NCBI GenBank assembly: GCA_902797825.1
Contig: CADBUN010000208.1
Span: 1 to 49,229, forward strand
DNA length: 49,229 nt
Source of the DNA: an uncultured Ruminococcus sp.
Lineage (GTDB): Bacteria > Bacillota > Clostridia > Oscillospirales > Acutalibacteraceae
Reading direction: 5' to 3'
Shown: piece after piece, positions 38,235 through 47,839 of the stretch
How the letters are laid out: every line of letters begins with the position of its first letter
How positions within the stretch are numbered: position 1 is the first letter of the stretch
The notes under the pieces: generated by a model
What the model was told of the DNA's origin: nothing
Database searches by the model: none
Seen by the model: the letters and a program-made list of their open reading frames with translations, nothing else
Position numbers and translations under genes: made by a program

Positions 38235-39497
38235 TTAAGGCTGCGTGATCCTCTTCATAATGTCGTTGATGGTATCATATATATCATGCTCGCCGTGAAG
38301 ATTACGTATGCTTTTTTTTGCTTTCTCCGACATCTGCTGTGCCAATGCATCATCTTCAAACAAGGCTTGAAGATGCATCGCTAAGATATCATACTCTTCA
38401 AAGCGATATAAGAATCCGTTCTCACCGTGAGTAACGTACTCGGGAACTCCGCCGACAGCGGACGCAACACAGGGTGTACCGACCATCATCGCCTCTTTCA
38501 GCGAACTGGAGTGGTTCTCGATCGCGGAGCAAAGAACAAATACGCTTGTTTTTGCGTACTGCTCCGCAAGCTTGTCCTGCGACAAGGCGCCGAGCCATAT
38601 GATATTATCGTATAGATCAAGCTCTTTAATGAGCCTTTCAATAAACTTGGTATAACCACGCTTACGAAGGAGCCATTGAACAGAGCCGTCGGATACCACT
38701 TTTTCACCCGGTACATACAGCTTGATATCCGGGTACCTTTTCTTCAGCAAAGCAACTGCCCTGAGCAGCATATGCAAACCCTTCAGCGGATATCCCGAGG
38801 CATTACAGATAATAGAATGAGGCTCCGCTTTACCGGTATCCCAATCCTTTTGCGCAAAGACCTGATTGATACTCAGCGGACAGCGATAGATATTGACCTC
38901 CGGTACGACGGCGCGGATGCTGTTCTCGCACCAGTCGTTTTCACAGATCACATTCTTTGACAGCTCAAATAATTCTTTTTCTTTGGAGGTGGAAGCGTAA
39001 TACTTCTTCTGTTGCTTTACTATGCTGTCGTTCTTGATGATATCTCTGAAGGTAACAGAGCGCTTCAGTTCATCATGCGTCATACACGCGGTATAATGCC
39101 GCGCGATAGAACCGATAAACCCCTGCATATAGATCACGGAGGGAATCCCTTTTGCTAACCTTAAGGCACACAAACCGGGAGTAAACTCCGTGCCCCATAC
39201 CTGAATCAAATCAGGACGTTCATCGGTCAAGAGCTTCTGCCACGCGCGGATATTTCCCTCTTTATTCTCGTTATACAGGATCGGCGGTTGATCGGGAAGC
39301 GCATAGAAAACGATGCCGTTCTCTTCCATGCGGATCGTTTCACTCACAGCTGCCGTTACCGCCACAATGAGCTCATGCTCGTTGCGCTCGGTAAAGCTCT
39401 GCATGAGCGCATCCATCCAAACGCCGTTATTCCGTTGTCCGTATAGCTTCTCCCCCAGAGGCCCCAGGGGCGAGTTGACGATCCACAGCAGCTTCAT
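38235..39497 (-). CDS. Glycosyltransferase family 4
   Basis: PLKG, ENHSSSLKEAM, VGGVPE. Confidence 0.9.
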   Translation of the reverse strand: MKLLWIVNSPLGPLGEKLYGQRNNGVWMDALMQSFTERNEHELIVAVTAAVSETIRMEENGIVFYALPDQPPILYNENKEGNIRAWQKLLTDERPDLIQVWGTEFTPGLCALRLAKGIPSVIYMQGFIGSIARHYTACMTHDELKRSVTFRDIIKNDSIVKQQKKYYASTSKEKELFELSKNVICENDWCENSIRAVVPEVNIYRCPLSINQVFAQKDWDTGKAEPHSIICNASGYPLKGLHMLLRAVALLKKRYPDIKLYVPGEKVVSDGSVQWLLRKRGYTKFIERLIKELDLYDNIIWLGALSQDKLAEQYAKTSVFVLCSAIENHSSSLKEAMMVGTPCVASAVGGVPEYVTHGENGFLYRFEEYDILAMHLQALFEDDALAQQMSEKAKKSIRNLHGEHDIYDTINDIMKRITQP

Positions 39498-40713
39498 CTT
39501 TTACTTCCTCTGTTTCTGTTTCGTTTCCGTAAATCCAGTGTAACCATATTGGGACAAACAGGCACAAGACGTCCAACCACATACCGGTATTGACCAGTGA
39601 GAGTATTAATGTCTGAATAAAAATCCAGACAATATAACCATATCCGGGTTTGTCTTTATAGGGCAGGAAGAATCTTTTGAAAATATTTCTATACATAAAG
39701 AACATGATGACTCCGCCAAATATGCCATATAATGCCAAATTGTCGATGATAAAAGAATGTGCGCCGTTAATTTTCTCCTTTTCAAAAAGAGAACCAAAGA
39801 TAGGGTGCTGCAAAAAACTGTTCCATGATTTTTGATACAGCAATATCCTCGTGTCTTCCGAGTTTTCCAGCCCTTCTCTTCCCCCTGCTAACGCATCCAA
39901 TCTGCTGCCCATCGTCTTACTGCCCGAGATCTCACCTAACCATCGGAGAAAATCTGGAATGAAATTTGTAAAAACCAATAAAAACAGAACAGCAATTACC
40001 GAAGCGATAATAATACTTCTGAACGAAAGATTCCTTTTCGTAAAAAACAACATTGAAGATATAATGAAAAACAATAACGCTATCGTATACTCCGAAAAAA
40101 CAATCATCAACAGAATGACGACAGCAAACAAAAGCGCTGTGATGAGCTTGATCCTTCTTTCTTTATATGAAAGGATAATCGCAGGATAGAGTAGAACGAT
40201 CGTGTAAACAAAACCGTATCCACCGATATTATGCATATCATATTGTATTGCATTGCTGTCCTGAGATTCAACCAACGCCAGCTCTCTGGCTGCGTTAGGA
40301 AACCTGATACAACCGATAATCGTTGTAACCGTTGTGATTGCTAACGCAAAAAAAACTATTTTTGAATAAGAACCGATCAGGCGGGTTTTATCCTGAGTAA
40401 AATAATACCCCAAGATTACCGGAAGCAAAAACAGTAAAACCTGATAGCTCCACATCAAAAAGTCTTCGCTCATATTAAAGGCCGATAACAGTTCATATAT
40501 AATAAACGGCAGTAAAAAGGTTCCATATAGGCTCAGGTTCTCAGGACGATCCAGCACAAGAGTCAAAACAACCAACGCCACTACCACCGCCATATAAAAA
40601 TATGCCGTTAAAAAGCGGCTGGTCAGTCTCTGAACGATCGGCATTATTGTATAAACGATCACGTATACAATCATCAAATTTCTAAGAGTAAAATCGCCTA
40701 ATCTTTTATTCAT
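39427..40713 (-). CDS. Wzy / O-antigen ligase-like membrane protein
   Basis: About 10 TM segments; loop TR...W...HPIFG...AHSFIIDNLALYGIFG. Confidence 0.75.
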   Translation of the reverse strand: MNKRLGDFTLRNLMIVYVIVYTIMPIVQRLTSRFLTAYFYMAVVVALVVLTLVLDRPENLSLYGTFLLPFIIYELLSAFNMSEDFLMWSYQVLLFLLPVILGYYFTQDKTRLIGSYSKIVFFALAITTVTTIIGCIRFPNAARELALVESQDSNAIQYDMHNIGGYGFVYTIVLLYPAIILSYKERRIKLITALLFAVVILLMIVFSEYTIALLFFIISSMLFFTKRNLSFRSIIIASVIAVLFLLVFTNFIPDFLRWLGEISGSKTMGSRLDALAGGREGLENSEDTRILLYQKSWNSFLQHPIFGSLFEKEKINGAHSFIIDNLALYGIFGGVIMFFMYRNIFKRFFLPYKDKPGYGYIVWIFIQTLILSLVNTGMWLDVLCLFVPIWLHWIYGNETETEEVKDEAAVDRQLAPGASGGEAIRTTE

Positions 40714-41888
40714 ACGCTTAACTCGGTTCCTAAGAATTTAATAATTTTAGCTGCCTGCACTAAGTTGGATTTATGCTCTAATACAAAGGCTCTTGCCTTT
40801 TCTGCTTTTTCTTTTCTCTCTTCAAAAGACTCAGTCAAAACCTTTTGCAGCGAATCCGCTATCCCGTTGAAAGATTCATCCTCAATCAAATAAACATACG
40901 GATCATACTCTTTCGGCATTCCGGGAAGCTTTGTCGTCATGATCGGCGTCCCGGAAACCATATATTCCATATTCTTAGACGGAAAGGAATACTTGGTATA
41001 CTCCGGCGCGACCGGTCGGGGATTCACCAACAGAGAAGCGCGCTGTTCTTCTTCCACGATCTCCTTATTGCTCTTGAGCCCCCTATAACAAACGCTCGGA
41101 TGCTGCTCGGAAAGGCGTTCCAACTCCTCACGGTAGTCGCCGTCGCCGTACACCCGCAGCTCGGAATCAGGGATATCCGCCCGGAGAAAGCCCTCAACCA
41201 AATTCGCGATGCCGTAGATCTTCTTGATGCTTCCGGCATACATCACAACCTTTTTACCGGTTGCGAGCTCATATGGTGTTTGGCTCTCGGGCAAGGGAGC
41301 TTCGGCATCGACGTGACCTTCCAGTACAATATTGGGCTTTCCTTCGGGATTAACGCGCTCATTCATCTGCTCGGTCAAGATGATAAAGGCATCGGTTTTA
41401 TCAAACAGCTTGTTATTCAGCTTTCTCATAAAACCGCTGCTGCGCTCCATATCCGGCAGATCGGTAACGATTGATACAACGGGAATTTTACGCGCTCTGC
41501 ACGCAAGCGTCATGCCGTATGCGTTCGCAACATTCAAACAGTCACATAACGCGTAGGTATCCTTATCTTTTTTGGCTCTGAGCACGCCGAAAAACGTGCC
41601 GAAAAATATCATCAGCTGCCTGACAACAGGCAGATTGATCGTCGTAATATAATGATAATAGGCGTTACCCTCCCGCTCGTCCTTTTCACGAACAAGCTTA
41701 CGGGAAGTCACCGCGCGATTGATCGGCAAGCCCGAAAAGCACATGACCTCGGCACCGTTTTGCGCTAGCCCCTTAATCAGTAAACCATGATACTTTTGAT
41801 CAGGCACCATTGTTGATACGTTACGCTCACTGACGATTCTGTTGTAGGTACTGTCCGTACAATTAGAAAACCCGTAAAGTATCCGCAT
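40710..41888 (-). CDS. Glycosyltransferase family 4
   Basis: MYAGS, LVNPRP, YSFPSKNMEYM. Confidence 0.88.
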   Translation of the reverse strand: MRILYGFSNCTDSTYNRIVSERNVSTMVPDQKYHGLLIKGLAQNGAEVMCFSGLPINRAVTSRKLVREKDEREGNAYYHYITTINLPVVRQLMIFFGTFFGVLRAKKDKDTYALCDCLNVANAYGMTLACRARKIPVVSIVTDLPDMERSSGFMRKLNNKLFDKTDAFIILTEQMNERVNPEGKPNIVLEGHVDAEAPLPESQTPYELATGKKVVMYAGSIKKIYGIANLVEGFLRADIPDSELRVYGDGDYREELERLSEQHPSVCYRGLKSNKEIVEEEQRASLLVNPRPVAPEYTKYSFPSKNMEYMVSGTPIMTTKLPGMPKEYDPYVYLIEDESFNGIADSLQKVLTESFEERKEKAEKARAFVLEHKSNLVQAAKIIKFLGTELSV

Positions 41889-42637
41889 TACAGCTCAACA
41901 TATCCTCTCAATGTAACATTTCTTTCCGAACTCAGGTCGGGTAGCTTTTGCCCGACAGGAACACCGTTCTCTTCATTGATGCGATCGATCAAAATACCGT
42001 TTTTATCAAAATCAGGATGAACCATGATCTCACAATGATCGGGGATCTCGGTGTTTTCTATATCAAACAGAGAGCCGAAATAATCGGTAGTGATAAACCC
42101 TTGCCTTTGCAGCCAACCGTTATATAGATTTTTCACAAACATCTTTATCGCGTTGATTCTGCCGATATTGCGATGCAGGCGGACTTTTTTGATGCCCTGT
42201 TCTTTACATACACGAGCTACCACCGGCGCGATGAATATCGCCGTATGGATGTGGTGATGAGAATCCGCGTGCGTAATCTTGATGCCCGCATTCTGTATCT
42301 TTTTGATCTGAGCGGTCAGCTCGTGATATACAGCGTCTTTTTCATTTTTCGAAAGGAACTTTAAGCGATTGTTGCGGTGATGAAAAATACCATCTTCAAC
42401 AAAAGCGCCGCATGACTTGATATCTTCTGTCAGCGGTTCGCCCTCCGTCAAATTCAAATGTACGCCTATTGCATTGATAAAACCCTGTTCCTTCGCAAGC
42501 GCAACAGCCTCATCAAAGTATTCACCGGTCGCCATCATCGTGGTATCGGTGATCTTTCTCTCCATGAAAGCCTGCGCGATCGCCTTGGAGCAGTGTTCAT
42601 TTAATCCGTAATCATCAGCATTAATGGTCACTGACAT
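41888..42637 (-). CDS. ChbG/HpnK (YdjC) family carbohydrate deacetylase
   Basis: INADDYG, GVHLNLTEG, HADSHHHIH, EIMVHP. Confidence 0.9.
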   Translation of the reverse strand: MSVTINADDYGLNEHCSKAIAQAFMERKITDTTMMATGEYFDEAVALAKEQGFINAIGVHLNLTEGEPLTEDIKSCGAFVEDGIFHHRNNRLKFLSKNEKDAVYHELTAQIKKIQNAGIKITHADSHHHIHTAIFIAPVVARVCKEQGIKKVRLHRNIGRINAIKMFVKNLYNGWLQRQGFITTDYFGSLFDIENTEIPDHCEIMVHPDFDKNGILIDRINEENGVPVGQKLPDLSSERNVTLRGYVEL

Positions 42638-42653
42638 CGTTTTCTCCTCAACA

Positions 42654-43331
42654 TCACCTTTGTTGGCTCCATTTAATTCCGGTAGAAACTACCTTCGCAG
42701 GCACTCCTGCTAAAACAGAATGATTGACAACAGGCGTTTTATGGGTAACCAACGCGCCGGTTCCTACCACACATTCGGCGCCGATCTTGGAGCCCTTTAA
42801 CACTTTACATCCATTTCCCAACCATACCTTATCCGCAAAACAAATACTCTCAGAATGGTTTAATCTTTTGCCTGATGTCTCATCCATGATAACATGAGAA
42901 TCCCCCGTGCGTATCATGATATTGGCAGAAAACAAGCAATCATTACCAATTGAAACCTCAGTAGATTCGATCGCCGATATCTCTGTATCAGAATAAATAT
43001 ATACATGAGTCCCGAGCGTAATGGTATTGTGATCATCTTCGACACAAAAAGAACAGCCTTCAAGATAATTACGCTCACCGATCAAAATCGTATTGTTCGA
43101 GCCCACTATACTGATATTCACTTCGAATAAAGATGACATATCGTTTATGATAATCTTATTGTTATCTCCGTTAACAGAGATCCTTGACTTCTTTATTCTG
43201 CACTGACCGATTCCCTGTACCGTATTATTTTTGCCTTTATTATGAATTCTCAATCCAAGTATTCTGTTCTTACAATATAAAGCAGGCTGTAACACTTTTT
43301 TATACTTTTGATAAATAGCTTTTAAATCCAT
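42654..43331 (-). CDS. Hexapeptide-repeat (LbH) acyltransferase
   Basis: Hexapeptide repeats, IRTGDSH, VWLG, AGVPAKVV. Confidence 0.88.
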   Translation of the reverse strand: MDLKAIYQKYKKVLQPALYCKNRILGLRIHNKGKNNTVQGIGQCRIKKSRISVNGDNNKIIINDMSSLFEVNISIVGSNNTILIGERNYLEGCSFCVEDDHNTITLGTHVYIYSDTEISAIESTEVSIGNDCLFSANIMIRTGDSHVIMDETSGKRLNHSESICFADKVWLGNGCKVLKGSKIGAECVVGTGALVTHKTPVVNHSVLAGVPAKVVSTGIKWSQQR

Positions 43332-43349
43332 ATATAACCCTCTTTAATA

Positions 43350-44462
43350 TCAAATAAGGGATTCTAAACATTCCATATGCCGCTTTGCCATATCTTCAAT
43401 CGTAAATGTTTTGATCTTTTTCAAGGATGCACAGGACAATTCAAACTGCTTTTCGTGATCAGCGAAATAATCAAGAATTATCTCTTTTGTTTTGTCAACA
43501 GCATCCACCGGAACAATATAACCGTTTTTACCGTTTTCTATCAGCTCGAGTGCCGCTACGCAGGCGTCGGTGGCGATAACAGGAACGCCGTTCGCCATGG
43601 ACTCGTTCACTACCAGCCCCCACGCTTCACCGCGCGAAAGGAAAACAGAGAGATCAGCCGCCTGATAATACTTGAAAAGCTCTTCTTTCATTTTAAAAGG
43701 AAGATAATGGAGCTGTTCAAGCTTCTTTTCGCTTTTCCATTTGACAAACTCTTCCGTCGGTTCATCGCCGATAATATAAACGCCGATATTCTTCGGCAAC
43801 TGTTCACATATTTTCAGCAGGGTATCATAGCCCTTTCCGTATCCGTTCAGATACGAGAATCTGCCTACTGATATCAGTATTTTCTCCTCTGGTAATCCAA
43901 GCGCTTCTCTGAGCGTTTTCTTTTCTTCGACAGAAAGAGGTTGAGCTAAAATGTCCTTTTGGTGCAGGGATGTAAAGGGATACCGATATATCTTTTCGGG
44001 ATCAGCGCCGTAGGTAACAAAATAATGATCGCCTGATCTGCCGGTACTGAAATAACCGGCGGCATCCTTGATAAAATATCTCTTTATCTTTTCCTTGATT
44101 CCTCTTCCGTCTTTCGCGGTACCGCCGTCTGCTTCAAGAAAGTATAGCATCTTATGCTTTCTCATATATTGAATCGCCAACATACCGGTAGGCGTTGAAA
44201 AATCGCCGCAAATAATGCGATCGTATGTTTCCTCCTTCAAATGTTGAACAATATCAAGACACAGGGCACTGTCAACTCCGGTAGACTTTCCTTTTAAAAA
44301 TACCCCTTTGAAATGCTCAAAATGATATTCTTTCCATGTATCATTTCTTTCATCTGAGGTATTCTTTTCAAAAGTAACTGTCAGATCGCACAGTTTACCT
44401 AACTCGTTAAAAAAGTCAACCCTGTAAGGAGAAGGAACGTTTGTCATAAAGAGTATTCTCAT
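43350..44462 (-). CDS. Glycosyltransferase family 4
   Basis: PSPYRVDFF, EAWGLVVNESM. Confidence 0.9.
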   Translation of the reverse strand: MRILFMTNVPSPYRVDFFNELGKLCDLTVTFEKNTSDERNDTWKEYHFEHFKGVFLKGKSTGVDSALCLDIVQHLKEETYDRIICGDFSTPTGMLAIQYMRKHKMLYFLEADGGTAKDGRGIKEKIKRYFIKDAAGYFSTGRSGDHYFVTYGADPEKIYRYPFTSLHQKDILAQPLSVEEKKTLREALGLPEEKILISVGRFSYLNGYGKGYDTLLKICEQLPKNIGVYIIGDEPTEEFVKWKSEKKLEQLHYLPFKMKEELFKYYQAADLSVFLSRGEAWGLVVNESMANGVPVIATDACVAALELIENGKNGYIVPVDAVDKTKEIILDYFADHEKQFELSCASLKKIKTFTIEDMAKRHMECLESLI

Positions 44463-44483
44463 ATTCTTTCTCCTTCGTAAATC

Positions 44484-45662
44484 TTATTTGCTGTAAGCGT
44501 CTGAATACTGTTTAATCATATCACGCTTATTAAATACAGAATCAGGAACACAGGGATTCTCCCTGCTCTCACAAACCCTTTTGACGGCTTCTGTCAGTTT
44601 TTGGATATCGCCTTTCTGTACAACGATCCCGTTATCCCCAACGGCTTCGGGACTTCCTCCGGTATTGTAAGTTACTACCGCAGTTCCGCAAGCAACCGCT
44701 TCAAGGTTAACCATTCCAAGCACTTCTTCATAGGTAGGATTTACGAAAACATCGGCTGCGGAATATATCTCTGCCAGTTTGGCAGGATCATCTCCGATAT
44801 CTATCGGGATCATCCCGCTTAGAAGAAGCTTCTTCTGTTTATTCGTTAATCCAACCATCATTATTTGATAATTCTGATCAAGCTTTTGCCTTAATTCAAT
44901 GAAATCATCAAAGCCTTTTCGTTTCTCCCAAACCGCAGCTACACCGAGGATGAGATATTTATCCTCCAAACCGTGATTTGTTCTGAAATCACTCTCAACA
45001 GGATTAAAGACGGTCGTATCAACACCGTTATGCACGACTATTATCGGATATTCTTTCAAAAAAGACTTCTCCACTAAATCTTTGAGCCAATCAGAAGGCG
45101 TAATGATCGTCAAGTTAGGTACACCGGTGAAAATATCTTTCTTCTTCAGCCAATTTCTTTTTGATCTGTCTGTCAATGATTTAGGATATTCACTCTTTTG
45201 CGGACAGTGATGACAGCCGTCTTTCCAACGGGTACAATGAATTGCGTCAAAATAAGCGCTGTGACCGGTAAACGCCCAGCAATCATGCAAGGTCCAGATA
45301 ATCTTTTTACCACAGGTTCTCAGATAATCAAACAGTAGTTCAATATTAATATAATAACCATGGATGTTATGCAGATGGATCACATCCGGATCATACTCTC
45401 TTACCCAATGAATAAACTCTTTGGTAGCATTAACACTTCCGAAGCCCATCGCGTCAAAGGCTCTGGCTTTTATTCCATGAAGCTTGACATCGAGATCCGA
45501 ACCGATCTTAACGGCAAATCTCTCAAACTCAGCAGGTACATTCTCTCTGCCGTATGCAATTTTCACTTCATGCCCCTGTTTCTCAAGCCCCACAGCTAAA
45601 TCGGTACAAATACGTCCCGTACTGCGAATACCGCAAACAGAGTTGATCATTAAGACTTTCAT
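44484..45662 (-). CDS. Glycosyltransferase family 4 (WcaC-like)
   Basis: STGRI, HLHNIHG, WTLHDCWAFTGH, Cys cluster, NLEAVACG. Confidence 0.88.
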   Translation of the reverse strand: MKVLMINSVCGIRSTGRICTDLAVGLEKQGHEVKIAYGRENVPAEFERFAVKIGSDLDVKLHGIKARAFDAMGFGSVNATKEFIHWVREYDPDVIHLHNIHGYYINIELLFDYLRTCGKKIIWTLHDCWAFTGHSAYFDAIHCTRWKDGCHHCPQKSEYPKSLTDRSKRNWLKKKDIFTGVPNLTIITPSDWLKDLVEKSFLKEYPIIVVHNGVDTTVFNPVESDFRTNHGLEDKYLILGVAAVWEKRKGFDDFIELRQKLDQNYQIMMVGLTNKQKKLLLSGMIPIDIGDDPAKLAEIYSAADVFVNPTYEEVLGMVNLEAVACGTAVVTYNTGGSPEAVGDNGIVVQKGDIQKLTEAVKRVCESRENPCVPDSVFNKRDMIKQYSDAYSK

Positions 45663-45667
45663 AAAAA

Positions 45668-46855
45668 CTACCGGATAATCATTGATTCAAAAACATCTTC
45701 CAACTGATCCATAAATGCCCTTTTATCAAAATGCTGTTCATAGTAGGTACGGGCGTTACGGGCAAGTGTTTGTTTATCTTTTTCATCAGCAAAGCGGCGG
45801 ATGTTCCCGGCAAGCGCCTCTGCGTCTTCCGCCGGTGAGCAATAACCACACCTTGCCTCTTCTATCACCCGCTGTGCTTCACCGTCAATGGCAGCAATCA
45901 CAGGCTTGCCGGCTGACATATATGACTGAAGCTTGCCGGGTAAAGTTAAACTCAATACGGGATCCGCCTGCAGCGTCAGCAGCATGGCGTCTGCCGTCGC
46001 ATAATATCGCGGCATTTCCTCCAGCGGCTTCCTGCCATAGAAAAAAATGCTGTTCAAGCGGTGTTTTTCGGCATATTCTTTCAGGCTGTCAAGCTCAATA
46101 CCGGAACCGACAAGGTGGAACCGAATCGGTTCATCCTTCAAAAGCTCAGCCGCCTTGACAATGGTGATCACGCTCTGAGCCGTTCCGATATTGCCTGCAA
46201 ACATCAAATTGCAAACGCCGTTGGGTTCCTGATAGCCTGACGCTTCAAAAATCTCCTCGGCATACTGCGGAAGATAAGTGATTTTGCTTTTATCTATCTC
46301 AAACTCTTTTTCAAAATAATCAGAGAAAGAGCGGGATGTGATCAATATTTTATCGACCGCGCGATAGATCCGCGCAGATACGCGATGATAATGCCTGTAT
46401 ATCAATGAACTCTCATTGATACCGCCTACCGCAAGACTCTTAGGCCACAGATCAAGGCAGTACAAAACACAAGGCTTTTTGTATTTCTTTGCATATTTTA
46501 TCCCCGCCTTTGCCATCATAACCGGCGAAAGCTGATTGATGAACACAACATCAAAATCATCAGGTAATAATCCTACAAAACGCGAAGAAAAGTAGGAATA
46601 GCTGCTGTAATTCAGCAAGCGGTAAACCGCGCCTGTTTTTCGCGGAATCGTATAACAGCGATAAACCTTAACGCCGTTGATGATCTCTTCGCGCTTGGCG
46701 CCGTTCTCATAGCCTTGATATATCTTACCCTCCGGATAATTCGGAACACCGGTCACCACAGTGACCTCATGCCCGCGCCGCACCAACGCTTCACAGATAT
46801 CGGAGATACGGAACGGCTCCGGATAGTAATATTGACAAATAACCAATATCTTCAT
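45668..46855 (-). CDS. GT4, probable L-FucNAc transferase (WbuB/WciJ/CapL-like)
   Basis: QYYYPEPF, PNYPEG, QLSP, DLWP, FAGNIG, PGKLQSYM; fnlABC present in the locus. Confidence 0.82.
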   Translation of the reverse strand: MKILVICQYYYPEPFRISDICEALVRRGHEVTVVTGVPNYPEGKIYQGYENGAKREEIINGVKVYRCYTIPRKTGAVYRLLNYSSYSYFSSRFVGLLPDDFDVVFINQLSPVMMAKAGIKYAKKYKKPCVLYCLDLWPKSLAVGGINESSLIYRHYHRVSARIYRAVDKILITSRSFSDYFEKEFEIDKSKITYLPQYAEEIFEASGYQEPNGVCNLMFAGNIGTAQSVITIVKAAELLKDEPIRFHLVGSGIELDSLKEYAEKHRLNSIFFYGRKPLEEMPRYYATADAMLLTLQADPVLSLTLPGKLQSYMSAGKPVIAAIDGEAQRVIEEARCGYCSPAEDAEALAGNIRRFADEKDKQTLARNARTYYEQHFDKRAFMDQLEDVFESMIIR

Positions 46856-46872
46856 AGTAACCTCAAACGAGA

Positions 46873-47493
46873 TTATTTGGTATTTTCTTCTGCTTTATGC
46901 AGCTCGCCGGTGCCGCCCTCGACGACGCCGGAACGAAACACCACGCGGAAGATGGAGAGAAAGAAGCACTTAACGTCAAAGAAAAAGCTGAGCTTTTTGA
47001 CATACTCGCCGTCAAAGCGCGCCTTGTCCACGATCTCGAGCTCATCGCGCCCGTTGATCTGTGCCCAGCCGGTAAGTCCGGGCTTGACGTCGTTAGCGCC
47101 GTATTTATCGCGCTCTTCGATCAGGTCATACTGGTTCCAAAGGGCAGGGCGAGGACCGACGATGCTCATCTTGCCGATGAAAATATCCCAGATCTGCGGC
47201 AGCTCGTCCAAGCTGGTCATCCTGAGAAATCTGCCGACCTTCGTGATATACTGTTCCGGATTCTCGAGCTGATGGGTAGGGATATCATGAGGGGTGGACA
47301 TTTTCATCGAGCGGAACTTGTGAAGCTTGAAAAGCTTTTTATGCAAACCGACACGATTTTGAGAAAAGAATGCAGGTCCGGGATCGTCAATTTTGATCGC
47401 GATCACAATAATCAAATAAAGCCATGATAACACGATCAAGCCAAGAAATGACAAGATGATATCAAGCAATCGTTTGAAAAATCTTTTGTACAT
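46873..47493 (-). CDS. Priming undecaprenyl-phosphate sugar-1-phosphate transferase (WciI/CapM-like)
   Basis: KRLLD, KFRSM, TSLDELPQ, MSIVGPRP, KPGLTGWAQING. Confidence 0.93.
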   Translation of the reverse strand: MYKRFFKRLLDIILSFLGLIVLSWLYLIIVIAIKIDDPGPAFFSQNRVGLHKKLFKLHKFRSMKMSTPHDIPTHQLENPEQYITKVGRFLRMTSLDELPQIWDIFIGKMSIVGPRPALWNQYDLIEERDKYGANDVKPGLTGWAQINGRDELEIVDKARFDGEYVKKLSFFFDVKCFFLSIFRVVFRSGVVEGGTGELHKAEENTK

Positions 47494-47585
47494 ACCTTTC
47501 CCTCTAAGCCCCTGAATCCGGCTGTATCATACGCGTTAATGCGCAAAAACGCATAAACCCACAAACTACCCAGTTTATCTATAGT

Positions 47586-47614
47586 ATAATACTACAAAAA
47601 GCACCTAAAGTCAA
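47586..47614 (-). promoter_or_regulatory. SigA promoter of the glycan operon
   Basis: TTGACT-17-TATTAT on the minus strand, ~90 nt before the ATG. Confidence 0.65.
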
Positions 47615-47787
47615 ATTATTTGTTTTCCATATATCACGAAGAATGATCCGTAATACCCATAAAATTCTGTAAAAAAGGTAACAAGTATTTGACTTATGAC
47701 AGGATTCTATTTTTATATTAATAACTCGTATCAATGTTTTATGATTCGTCATCAAATTTTAAAAACTTTTTCTAATTTTTTCTAATT

Positions 47788-47819
47788 AAAAAACAAGCGA
47801 CAGTTTTCACTATCGCTCG
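47788..47819 (-). terminator. Intrinsic terminator after the acyltransferase gene
   Basis: CGAGCGATAG-tgaaaa-CTGTCGCTTG-TTTTTT. Confidence 0.75.
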
Positions 47820-47839
47820 AATCATCATTCTAATTGTCT

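Noticed and set aside
40348-40355. A8 tract in the ligase-like gene as a phase-variation site
   Set aside because: Short for AT-rich DNA and the frame is intact; no long simple repeats seen in the locus
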